A DNA stretch of 63,990 nt, counting the filler, from Reclinomonas americana ATCC 50394 (taxonomy: Eukaryota), in NCBI GenBank assembly GCA_048213135.1. It is 16 parts of 16 records of this genome, joined end to end, with 100 filler letters (N's around TTAATTAATTAA, not from the genome) between each part and the next. Parts side by side here need not be neighbours in the genome. Positions count along the whole stretch, not along the records: positions 8,694 to 11,951 come from AFZH01021703.1; positions 12,052 to 14,681 come from AFZH01021704.1; positions 14,782 to 17,274 come from AFZH01021706.1; positions 17,375 to 20,322 come from AFZH01021707.1; positions 20,423 to 22,633 come from AFZH01021708.1; positions 22,734 to 26,558 come from AFZH01021709.1; 10 more parts are not named here. One strand, 5' to 3'. Shown in pieces: positions 11,806-23,350 of this stretch. The notes beneath the pieces were generated by a model, which was not told the DNA's origin, made no database searches, and saw nothing but the letters and a program-made list of their open reading frames with translations. The translations under genes were made by a program, and so were the position numbers. The stretch's first letter is position 1. The number at the start of each line of letters is the position of its first letter.

Positions 11806-12423
11806 TGAGACAGTAACAACAAATACTGGAAATTACATGACATAAATCACAACAAACAAGACAAAAGATGATCGAACAAAAAACGAACTAACTTCAAAAA
11901 ACAAACAAATTAGCAAGCTACGCTCCGTCGCTGGCGCTTCCTCGCGGGTTTNNNNNNNNNNNNNNNNNNNNNNNNNNNNNNNNNNNNNNNNNNNNTTAAT
12001 TAATTAANNNNNNNNNNNNNNNNNNNNNNNNNNNNNNNNNNNNNNNNNNNNCAATGCGCATGCCGTGAATAACTTGTCCCGGCACCGCCTCACTTCGCGA
12101 ACCCACTTAGTTGTTTCAACACCGCCACGGTGGTCGCCAGAAAAAGCAAAGAAAATGACGGTCCGCCACGGGCCGCGAGAATCGGTGTGATGCGGCACCG
12201 CTACAAAGCCGTGGCGGGCTAGCCGGCTCGTTTTGGGTTCGAATTCGCGCGGCCCGCGCGCCGTACCGGCCCGCCTGCAGGCGGTACCCACCACTCTCCG
12301 CTCTACCTACCCCCTACTACCCCACCACCTCACTTTCCCCCACACAGGTTTCAACACGCAAGTTTCACTTACAACTCTGACTGTGCTCGCGCAAAGTCCG
12401 AGACACAATGCGCGCAGAGTACA

Positions 12424-12548
12424 AGTTCTCGACTTGTTCGGAGCTCCGAGAGCGAACACACACACACAAGGAACCTGCTGCTGCCTCAAGATTGGTGTCT
12501 GTGTTGATGTTTTGGATACGGTTGAACTTGGTCATCGCAGCCCAAGTC
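12424..12548 (-). repeat. Dispersed repeat segment B (inverted copy at 22914-23060)
   Basis: Reverse complement matches ATGACCAAGTTCAACCGTATCC.AAACATCAACACA.ACACCAATCTTGAGGCAGCAG...GTTCCTTGTGTG...CTCGGAGCTC.GAACAAGTCGAGAACT. Confidence 0.9.
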
Positions 12549-14274
12549 GCCAGACATTGCATCATGATCACAGCTCCACCACGGCACAATCAAGAGAGAC
12601 AAGCTTGCCGGCGCCAGCGCCTCGGCGTGAGTGGCAGTGAGGGACACCGTGACTTGCAAGAACAGAGGCCGCGAAAGCTTGACACAAGTCCATCAACAGA
12701 CACAGCCGCCAAGACATACAGCGAGGCCACCGCTAGCGCTGGCAGACAGAACGAAGGTGTGGAGAGGGAAAACGACAGCGTCACCAGATGCTGAAGTACA
12801 GCAGCGGCAGTGGGCGTGACAACTGCAACAACGAGTGCGTCAACGAGTCGAACACAGGGTTCGTAGTTCACGGATAGCGGATTCGTGCTGATGAGAAGCA
12901 CAGCATGGCCGTCGCGATCGCACAGCGAACACACAGCCAAGACGATCACAGACAGTCACCATCACACTCCAAGAAACCATCTGCATGGGTATACGTACGT
13001 CAGTGTCAACACACGGGCCAATGTGGTCGCCACAGAGAGAGGGCCTTGGCGAGTCGCGCAGAAGTGGGCGGGAAATTTAAAAGCTCAAACACACACACCC
13101 ATACAGAGACACACACGCACCATCTCAGAAGCGACACACCCGCGCAAGTTACCACACTGACTCTGTTGCGCTTGAAACCTGTGCAGACGCACACAGGCTG
13201 GTGAGAGCACAAGCGACAACAACACTTTTCCCGCGCGCGCGAAACGCTCACTCACCAACCACAAAGTCCTTGAGCTCACAGCAGTGATTAAGACGGCACA
13301 AACGACGCCACACAGTCAGACACGCACAGCATGAAGCAGAGAGAGACCACGTACTGCCGTCGCGCGCGCAGATCAAACGACTCGTTGAGGGCCCGCACTC
13401 GCGAGGGACAACTGTGTTGTGTTTGTCTCACTCGTGAACCAGCACGCACGGCAACGCACGCACATGCACAGATGGAAAGAAGACAGTCACACGGGGCGCT
13501 CCCCGTGCTTGATTCTTCACCACCACGGCAAAACAGCGTCGCCACCAGAACGCAAACGAGCACTGTGCGCCACTCAGATGCTTCACTGCATGCACGTCAC
13601 ACAAGTGTTGCCACGACACAGAATGTGTGGCCCGCGGGTCGTGGGGAGTTTATTGAGTGCGCACACGCACACGAGGCTCCAAAGACGGTGCAGGTGGTCA
13701 GTCTTCTTGCATCGGTGCCGCGCGGTGCAGTGCGGTGGAGACGGCGGCACTGGGCAGCATCGTGCGGTTGGCCAAAGCCGAGGCGGTGTGTGCACAGGCC
13801 GCGATGCCGGTGCCGGCACAGCCCGCGCTTATCTGAACAGACCCAACTGTCGACGCCGACGGTCAACTGTTTTTCTTCGCCCGCAACACACCGTGGCCGA
13901 GCAGATTTGCCCGGAATTCACCGTCACGGTGGTCTGCGGGTCCGCTTTGACCGGGACACACCGTCCCAAGGAAAGAGCCGGTGGGGGTGTAGTACGGGAG
14001 AAATTTAAAGAGAGAGGCCAAGGGAGAGCCCGAGACAGTGAGAAAGTGCGCAGCGTGTGTGAGTGTGTGCTGCACTTGCTGTGTGTTTGGGAATGCACCA
14101 CCTGTTGAGCATGACAGAGAGAGAATGAGAAAGAGAGAGAGAAAGAGAGAGAGCGCTTCGATTGGATTTTTTGGTTCACAAATTCCTTGTATTGCCGACA
14201 AAGCTCTGGAAGGACCTGCTGGTTGGTCGGGGCATCTTCGCCGTGCGTAACATAAACTTGTGTATTGTAGCAAG

Positions 14275-14357
14275 CCGGACGTAGCTTAGACGGAAGAGCG
14301 TGGGACTGTAAACGTTCTGATATCCCAAGGTCGAGGGTTCAACTCCCTCCGGCCGGA
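14275..14357 (+). tRNA. trnY-GTA: tRNA-Tyr(GTA) with 10-nt canonical 37/38 intron
   Basis: CCGGACG-TA-GCTT-AGACGGAA-GAGC-G-TGGGA-CTGTAA[ACGTTCTGAT]A-TCCCA-AGGTC-GAGGG-TTCAACT-CCCTC-CGGCCGG-A. C1:G72 and A73 are eukaryotic Tyr identity elements. One acceptor-stem mismatch (A5:G68). Confidence 0.93.
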
Positions 14358-14358
14358 C

Positions 14359-14376
14359 TTCTTTTTTTCTTTTTTT
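14359..14376 (+). terminator. Pol III oligo-T terminator
   Basis: TTCTTTTTTTCTTTTTTT immediately 3' of the tRNA. Confidence 0.8.
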
Positions 14377-14781
14377 CTAATAGGGGTGTTATACGGATTT
14401 ACTTGCAGGTGCGCCTGCTGGCCGCCTGCCGCGGTGCTGTCATACGAACAGGCTACGCTGCGTACCTGTATTGATCTGTCCAAGGACAAATCCGTTTTTC
14501 TTTTTCGTGCGAGAGATGAATGGTGTATGCTCGTGTGAAAAGGGAGCCGCAGCAGTGGCGGCCGGGAAAGACCCTCGTACCCGTGAAAGAATATACGGGT
14601 TGGAGAAAGGTGTTGCAACGCACTGCGCGCATTGTCGCAGCTACGAAATGCGAAGAGTCGTGCGCGCAGGGATTTGTCAGGNNNNNNNNNNNNNNNNNNN
14701 NNNNNNNNNNNNNNNNNNNNNNNNNTTAATTAATTAANNNNNNNNNNNNNNNNNNNNNNNNNNNNNNNNNNNNNNNNNNNN

Positions 14782-17700
14782 GGGACCCACCGAGTCGCTC
14801 TTGATCAACCACTCCGCCTCAAACGCGTCCAAGTGTTGTTCTGTACATGTACAAAGAGAAGTGAGTGAATGACGGAGCTAGCTACTGGAGATACATGTAC
14901 TCACCACAGAGAGATGCCGCAGCCGAAAATTGTTCAGAGGTGCCGGGCAACGCCACACCAGCGAAGTAAATAGCCGAGACCATCAGCTGACGCACGTCGT
15001 TGAGAACTGACAGGCGTGCGTCGGCATTGGCGCCACCGGGTGCACGTGCCACCAGCGTGTGCACAACAGCTGGAACAGTTTCCAACAGCGACAACAAGAG
15101 TCCCCTCAGCGACTGACTCGCCCTCGTCACACAAAACTCGTGATCCGTGAACGCCGTCAGTCTCTTGAGTGACTGTTCAACATCTGCAACCATGCCTCCG
15201 TCACCGTCACCGGGTGCCGCGCCTCCATCACGTGGACGGCCGTGGAACAGATGCGCGTTCACAAAACGACTGACAGACAGCGAGTGGGTCCACAACTCGT
15301 CAAGCACGCCAACAATTCGTTGGAAACGCCCAGCAACGCTGGCTCCACCGTAAACCACTGCAGGTGCGATAAATGGCCGCAGGAGATGTATCGCCTCACG
15401 TACAACCTCGCATGCCAGCTTGTCGACCAATTTTGAAGAGCGAGCAAATGTCGTCGACGCGACCACAGTCTCCTCCAACTTCATCAGAGTGTCGGCGCCG
15501 TCCAGGGCCGGAGGCCACAGTCGGCGCTCCTGCACCTCTCCTTCCTCCACCTCCAACACAGCACAGCGGATGAGGTGCGACACAATGTGCAGTTCACGTT
15601 TTCGTACGTGCGCAATGTCGTGTGGGTCAAGTGCGGCGGCAAGGCGAGCAGCAGTACCTAGAGAACAACACCGTCAGTGCGCTGAGAGGAGACGACATTC
15701 ATGACTTCCAAAGAAACGAAAACCAACATCGGGCGCGGTACCCTTCATCTCCCACACTCTCTCGCTGCACCACTGACACAACGAACAGACACACAACTCA
15801 CCTCGCACAAACGAGACAACAAGTGGTGCCAGGGCAGTGAGCTGTGCGTCCTGCAGTCGCACACCAGGTACGTACGAACGCAAGAACTCAGCGGCATCTG
15901 TCGACGACCTCCAGCGATGAATGTCTTCTCCACGCGATGTCCACGCGCTGCAGTCGATAACTGGCGACCGCATTGCGCACGTTGCAATTGGCCTCTGCTG
16001 CCCTTGTTCACGGCGTGCTCGAAGCAGGACAAGCCTGTTGTGGGCGACCAGCTTCTCCGAAGCTACGATGGCAGCAACGTCACGTTCATGCGACAAGGCC
16101 AAGAGCGTCTTGGCATCAGCACGCATGGACATGCACAAGTCATTCCGGCATCGTTCCAGGCAACGCCTCACGCACTTGCGACTGAAAAGAACAAATATGA
16201 AACGAAACTGTGAGACAACAAGGGCGATTGAGCAGCATGCACCGACGAGAACAACAACGACTCACAGTTCAGGTGTCAGCGTGTCGATCGCGACCGACTC
16301 GGCACCAAAGTCCACCGATGCCGCCCGCAGCAACTCCTCGATGTTGGAGTCCAGTTCGGGAGCACCAGATATAGACACCCGAGAACGTGCGCCACTGTGA
16401 ACCAGAAGCGTCCGCGCTGCGCGATTCAACTGGTGCGTGAGATCAGCGAGCAACGCCAGCGCCGAGACAACTGCGTCGAGCAACGAGAAGTAAGTGAATC
16501 GTGCAGCACGGAGTGCATCAATCGATCGTAATGAACGCACCAGCCGTGTCATCGCGCTTGACTGTCTTCTTCTTCGCCTGCGGTGCACTCCCTGCAGCAG
16601 CAGGAGCAGCAGGAGCAGCAGGTGGCGCTGCCTCCTCTCCTTCCTCGTCCACGTCTCCACTGCCGCCGTCGTCATTGTCGCCCAGCTCATCACCGTCGTC
16701 AATGTCGATTTCGGCGTGCCCTGTCGCAGCCACGTCGGCGCCTTCATCTACAGCGTCCGCCACACTGTCGGCAGCGGCAGTAAAGTCCAGTTCATCGGTG
16801 TCACTGTCGTCATGACCATCCTCCGCCGCCGTTGCCATTGCGATCGCCGCCGAGGCCGCCGCTTGTACGAGCACATCGTGTGGCAGGCGCAATTCTTGAA
16901 GAGTCGCGGAGAACACGTGAAGGTCGTCAAGAGTGTAGTCAACAGTTGGATGCATCACGCCACGCTCCGGAGCCAGTTGAAGTGGAAGTGCACGATCAGC
17001 GATGGTGGCCACCAGGCCTCGGAAGACCAACCGCCGTTTGCGCAGTGTCAGCCGCTTCGACTCTGACACATTCTCGCGGCTGTCGCATTGTGTCTTGACA
17101 AGTTGCTTCAGCCGACCAGCAATCGCCACCAAATCGTCCTCACAGCGGAATGAGTAGAGGGAGATTACATCACATTTGCAGTCGACAGCGTCTGCATGAC
17201 ACATTTCAACAACTCAGTCACGCAATCCAGGATGCAAGCACACGCGCGACAACGCACCCATCGCCTCCAGCGCANNNNNNNNNNNNNNNNNNNNNNNNNN
17301 NNNNNNNNNNNNNNNNNNTTAATTAATTAANNNNNNNNNNNNNNNNNNNNNNNNNNNNNNNNNNNNNNNNNNNNGGCCTAGGTGCAGCAGCAGTGACCGG
17401 TGCAGCAGGAATCGGCGGCGAGCTCGAGTAGTGGCGTTTTTGCGCTGCTGTGGCAACGTGGAGCACGGCCCTCCACGCTTTCCCTATTGTCACGATCGCG
17501 AGCAGAACGTGAGACACTGCTAGCTGGTGCAATATGTAACCAGCTTGACTTCGCACGGATTAACGCAACTCAATTGTCGACGCTGTTCCACAAACACAGC
17601 ACTGAGGTGACGGAGCGTCTCCTCGGCCACCGCAACGAATGCAGCGTCGACGGCCGGTCTTCGGTCAAAGTCTACTCCAAGTTCGGTGATAAGTGCAGGA

Positions 17701-18516
17701 AGAACAGCGAAATCGGCGCAGCTGGAGAGACACACGCACCACATTGGAGCAACGTGAGACGAGCAACGGATGCGAGCATGCTGCGCAGCACGCTGTTCGT
17801 GCCACGGAAGCCGTCATCCAGCTTCGCTTGCATCTCCGCATCGATGCCAATGATGTCGGACAGCACGGGCAGAGTGGCAAGCCATTCGTGTGTCTCTTGA
17901 TTGGCGTCGCGACCGGGCACAAACAGAGCGCACAGACACAGTGAGTTCCGGAACGCATTCCAATAGTTGTTCATCACGGCTGCACGTGTGTTAATTGTAA
18001 GACATCCATGCAAATGGCGCAACACCAACAAGTCGAACACGCAAAACGCACCTCGAGCCTCTGCGTCCGCCTCTCCCGCGACCGCGCCTGCTGCATCTGG
18101 GATTGCAGCGACCGCCAAGACCGAGAAGTACCCTTCAGCTGCACACAAAAGGTCAGCCAGTCACACCACCAACAAGTATTGCGCGCTTGCTTCATAACAC
18201 TCACCGTGTCCGCGAATGTCGGCAAAGGTGTGCTCCATGGCGCTCTGCGCAATGAGGCCGATCTGCTCATCGCGATCGGCATTCTCGCTCCCAAGAAGCT
18301 GCGCACTTCGCGCCTTGCATGCGCCCATGACGTGTTGCTCCATCCCACTTACAATCAACTTTGCGTGATCCCACGGACCGGGTTCCTTGACCGGCGCAGC
18401 AGGTGCAGGCTCCAACGGCGCAGCTGCGGTGGAGGCACTCGCCTCAGACCCAGTGCCGGCAGCACCTTCATCGGCGTTGACGTCGTGTACCGTCGCCACA
18501 GCGTCCGTCTCCATCT
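14782..18516 (-). pseudogene. Large orphan multi-exon gene, predicted helical with acidic insert, with frameshifts
   Basis: Coding-like exons (METDAVATVHDV..., AEGYFSVLAV..., CHADAVDCKC...AEDGHDDSDTDE..., IDALRAARFTYF..., RRCLERCRND..., SHLIRCAVLEV...) with GT-AG borders. Apparent frameshifts at ~17745 and ~16520. No family recognised. Confidence 0.5.
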
Positions 18517-18731
18517 GTAAGAAGCATGTAAGCACACGACAAGGCAGTGACAGCACAGTATGATCAAGAACAACATGTGTCCACCATGGCACGACACCAC
18601 CGGTGCACCGAGACACCGCAGTGCCAATGCGTGCATCGCTCAATCACGACAGTCACTCACTCACTCCCCTTCTCCCCCATTCAATCCCCCCACTCACTCA
18701 ATCTCTCCCCCATGCATGCATGCATCTAACT

Positions 18732-18785
18732 TCACACACACACACACACACACATGCACACACACATACACACACACACACACAC
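18732..18785. repeat. (CA)n microsatellite
   Basis: Direct observation. Confidence 0.9.
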
Positions 18786-19132
18786 AGTGTCATAAACAAA
18801 CATGCCCCAGAGCGGCGACAACGACACCTAAAAAGTGCTGCCCACCCCTCCTCCTCCCTCCACCACCATGCGATCGACTGCTGCTGCTGCTGCTGCTGGA
18901 GAGGGAACGGACACACCGCAAGAAAAAAAGGAGGAACGAGGAATACACAAACCACACCATCCCACATCCATGGAGATAAAAACGCACCGGTGCTGCCGGT
19001 TCTCCTGTGTTCGTGTTTTGCCTCTTCCGCGGTGGCTCCTGTGCGCCCGTGTCCTTCTCTTTGCCATAAACAAGTTTCGGCGGCACTTGCAACAACGCTC
19101 GATTTTTGTGCTTCAGGCAAACGGTTGCGGCC

Positions 19133-20322
19133 TCAACGAACGAGCAGACGGTCTGTCGCCCAATGTCGAGCGCAATATTCCGCAATAATGATTAGCGAGA
19201 CCGTGGCGTGCAAAGGTAGGACAGAGAGGCACACATAGAGACGCACCCTGAGAGACGCCAGCCAATCAGCCGCGACTTGCGAGTCAAAGAAGATGTGCAA
19301 CATGTCGTCGTCGCTGGGCACTGCCACAGTCGAGGCCTGCGCCGGTGCTAAAGGCCACGGCATGCCTTTTTTCTTGCCGCGACGATGGCGTGCCTTTTGA
19401 AAAGCCACGCGCAACTCTCGTCGACTCGCCGAGTTCCCGCTGTTGTGCCGAGTCGCCTCCACATGACCTCTGTACACGTGCAGTGCACGCAACAGATTGC
19501 AAGTCAGTGACGACGAAATCACGGAGAGACACATATATAAGAGTGCAAAGTAACCAAACTTAAGATCAACACAAGACGTCAAATCCACATTGCCAACGCG
19601 GAGTGCGTCCATTGTTGCAGCGTTGTCACCATCGAGGCGATAAATGTGCGCGACACGAGACGCGCAGAAACGGAGTTGCGCAACCATCCACCACTCGCTG
19701 TCAGCAACCGCCAGCAGCATCTGGCGATGCTGGTTTGGGACTGGTACATCAACGTAGCGAGGAAGCAAGAGCCTGGAGTGTGTGCGTTCGAGTGAGTGAC
19801 CACAAGAGGCAAGAAACAAAAGAGTGACGCCGAGCACGTAACAGCTCGCCGTCAACGGCGCACGCTGTCGTGCGTCTGTTGCACGGAATCCGAGCGCTGA
19901 GAATGATGTCCCCGTCCTCCATCAAAATGAATGGTGACGTGAAGGCAGAATGGCCGCATGGTCTACCGGTATACCAAGAGTGAGTGAGGCGCGGTGAGAG
20001 GAAGTCAGCTTCCGCACGCACAGAGAACATGTTAACATAAAAAAGGAACACAGACGCACCTCCGTGATGTTTTTGCAGCAGTTGCCGAAGCACATGTCTT
20101 GCGCTTGAGGTCGTCGAAGGACAGGTTGGTCCTTGTCAAATCCCAGGCCATGGGCCTTCCAACACGGAAGATAATAGTCGGCTTGCCTGACTCCGCAGTT
20201 GCTCTCAGAGCATGCAGGTGCTTGCCAAAATGTGCCGCAGATTGTGTCGACTGCATGACCTTCCAGAGGAAAGACTCCTCCACAAGCGGCGCTATCGTAC
20301 GGAATCCACGTGCCGGGCCTCG
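19133..20322 (-). pseudogene. Orphan ORF broken into three frames
   Basis: Consecutive coding-like segments ESFLWKVMQ...DDLKRKT, KHHGGASVFLFYVNMF...GDIILSARIP and RLLLPRYVDVP...WATDRLLVR, without clear intron borders. Confidence 0.35.
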
Positions 20323-20439
20323 NNNNNNNNNNNNNNNNNNNNNNNNNNNNNNNNNNNNNNNNNNNNTTAATTAATTAANNNNNNNNNNNNNNNNNNNNNN
20401 NNNNNNNNNNNNNNNNNNNNNNCCTGCGCACGCGCGCGC

Positions 20440-22633
20440 TTGATCACACACACACACACACACAAAAAACAAACACTATCAAAGTCATACCTGCGCCTCC
20501 GTCAGACACTGGTCATCATCAACGTAGGCAGCATGCGCATGTTGACGTGGTGGAACGGCGTCTGGCCCGCGCTCCGCTGCGCGCTCCTTCGCTACTATGG
20601 CGTACACACTCGTTTTCCCGTCACAAAGATTGAGCGCGCTCTCCGTCATCTGTGCAGTCGTTCCAACGCATTGCAGCTGGCTTGCAACCACGTGGGATAG
20701 TCGGCGCGTGCAGACGGCCTCGCTGGCATCCACAGCAGCAGCCATGAGCGCAGTGCGCTGTCAAACTAATATATATATGTCGGTTGCAAATTGCGCTCGC
20801 TCGCGCCCACGTCTCTCTGACACACTGACCACAAGCCGCGTGCGGGTCCCGCGCGGTGTTGACGATCACCAGTGAACTTGCTTCACTTACCACTCTGCCC
20901 TTGCCCAAGTGCGAATGAAGAGAGGGATATGAATACGAGCTCTATACTCATGATCTGGTCGAAGCTTATGGCCGATCGCCAACCCTCTGCTTGATGGCCT
21001 TGACCAACGAGGCAATGTCCGCCGCCGCGGGCAGCAAGTCGGCGTCGACGCGCTCGCGCACCAGCTGGCACGCCACACCGTTCACCTTGGGGTGCCGCAC
21101 CAGAGCCGCTTGAAGGACGTCGAGCACGTTGTCGTGGCGCGTCGTTCACAGGCCCTTCAGCTTTTCACAGCCGTTGAGCAAGTGGCCGAGCGACTCCGAC
21201 TCCTTGCCACAGAGTGGGCACAGCGAGGCAGGGCCACCCGGGTTGCCGTTGAAGACCGCCGCCTTGTTGTTAAGCATGACGGAGTTGGTCCGCATCTTGC
21301 ACAGGAAGCGCTGCTCCTTCTCGCTGATGCCGTTGCCCTGAGCCACCACGTGCACGTCATGGGTTCCAGCAGCAGCCTTCTGCAGAAAGTCGACAAAGGC
21401 ACCACACTTCCGCAAGCGCCTTCCAGCTCACAATGTGGCTCTTGGAGTAGAAGTGTGACATCGCAGGCAAAAAGCGAGAGGCAAAGGGAAACACAACACC
21501 ACCGTCAGCCAGCCGTCCGACCACCAGCGGAGGCTGACCAGCAGCAGCAGCAACAGCCGGATGCACCTCCACACTGACACCCAACTTCAGAGCGTGCCCG
21601 AGAGCAACACCCATCAGATTGGAGCGAACAGCGCGGCGAGGAGCATTCGGATCAGTGGCCACTTGGAAGCGAGCACCTGCACCAGGAGCAACCGCAACAG
21701 CACCAGCCGGAGGAGCAACAGAAGACAAACACACAGAGAAATACCGCTGATCATGAGGTGTGGCAACTGGCAGCTGTTGGCGATTGACGTCTGTGACCTC
21801 GTTCGTCTGTCGGTACTTGGCCACCAAACCAGCAGTCGGCAACGGCGAGAAGTCGTCAACACGACCACCGGCCGCCTTCACCGAGCAGTGGAGCATGTGC
21901 TCCGCCACACGGCGAATCAGCGGACGGCGGTGTGTCCAGCTTCACCGCCGAGTTGATCAACAGAGAGGCCGCTCGCTCCACCACAGAGTACAGGGCCAAG
22001 ACCTCGACAGCGGAGTATAGAGGAAGAGTGTGCCGGAGTCGTTGTCGAGGCCAAGGCAGCTGAGTCGGATGCTGTCGCGGATCTTGCGGTCGAATCTGCC
22101 GAGCACTTCCGGCTGAAGCTCCACGGCCGAAATGACAAAGGTGGCCTTGGTGAGGACGAAGCGGCGAACGGCATCCACCTTCTGGAGCGGCAACAGCGAC
22201 GACTTCTTGATGGCGTGAAGAGCTGCCACTTGCTTCTTCGCCTCACTTGTACGAGTCGGTGAGTAGAACGGGTAGCCAAGCCAACGATCGCACTCAGTGA
22301 CAGATGACATGGATCGCAACGCAGTGCCAGCCATCAGCAGCTCGGGATCAAACTCCTCCGCCGCGCAAAGTTCTGCACGTGCATTGGACCAGAGCCAACA
22401 CCAATGACTTCTGCGGGTTGTCGGCAATGCCAGACCACTCGGTCAAACGCTTGGACAGATCCAGGACCAGCTGCGCCTCACGAACGGAAGACACCACCAC
22501 GTGACGATCATCGGCAAATGCAGAAACACCCACACGAATGGCGGAATCACAGAAAGAGTAACCGGTACCAACACGAAGGGCGCGAATTCGAACGTCGCGA
22601 ATGAACACAGATGCGATGACACTGTAGACAAAA
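20440..22633 (-). mobile_element. Decayed non-LTR retrotransposon with C-terminal restriction-like endonuclease (R2/NeSL/R4-type), 5'-truncated at gap
   Basis: RT catalytic motif GVSAFADD, then WLGYPF and LLPLQKVDAVRRFVLTKATF (thumb), CCHC knuckle CPLCGKESESLGHLLNGC, TTRHDNVL and KLRPD. Multiple frameshifts and stops; the 3' end runs into (TG)n. Confidence 0.88.
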
Positions 22634-22764
22634 NNNNNNNNNNNNNNNNNNNNNNNNNNNNNNNNNNNNNNNNNNNNTTAATTAATTAANNNNNNNNNNN
22701 NNNNNNNNNNNNNNNNNNNNNNNNNNNNNNNNNTGATCACCAACAACAACAACAACAAGTTTAC

Positions 22765-22982
22765 TAATCCAAACAGCAACACAGCTGCATGATGATCACC
22801 AGAAACTCAGACATCACGAAAAAAAGCGAGAAAAAGTCGAGATGGCTACAATGCTGCAGCTGGCGCGCGTTTCTGCAAGAGAAACCACGGCTCATGACAA
22901 ACAAGCAACGGCTGACTTGATGACCAAGTTCAACCGTATCCGAAACATCAACACAAACACCAATCTTGAGGCAGCAGGTTCC

Positions 22983-23023
<41 letters not shown>

Positions 23024-23060
23024 CGCTCTCGATCTCGGAGCTCTGAACAAGTCGAGAACT
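22765..23060 (+). repeat. Composite dispersed repeat A+B containing (GT)n
   Basis: Matches 11445-11570 (direct) followed by 12424-12548 (inverted). Confidence 0.85.
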
Positions 23061-23350
23061 GCGATCTTCACCGCATAAGCGTGGTTGACCAGTGGATTTG
23101 ATGCACTTGCATAGACGCATAGCGCTTTCTGCGATGGTACACCGCAGCAAGCAAAGTCTCTCGTTACACTGGCGACAATCATCACAACATCAATCATCGA
23201 CAGGTGAAAAGAATCGCAAGGGCAAGAGAAAAAGAGTGGCAAGAAAGAACGAAAGACTTGGCGCTGGTTGTTGTCAAAAAAAGGAGAAGTGAGGCAAACC
23301 AATGAGTCAATAATAAAAGGGCATTGGAAGACCCCCCCGAGTGGACCTCG

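Noticed and set aside
12590..14270. ORFs of 100-230 aa between repeat B and tRNA-Tyr
   Set aside because: No motifs, consistent exon structure or coding-like composition.
14578..14600. Small hairpin ACCCGT...ACGGGT downstream of the tRNA
   Set aside because: A 6-bp stem can arise by chance; no supporting context.
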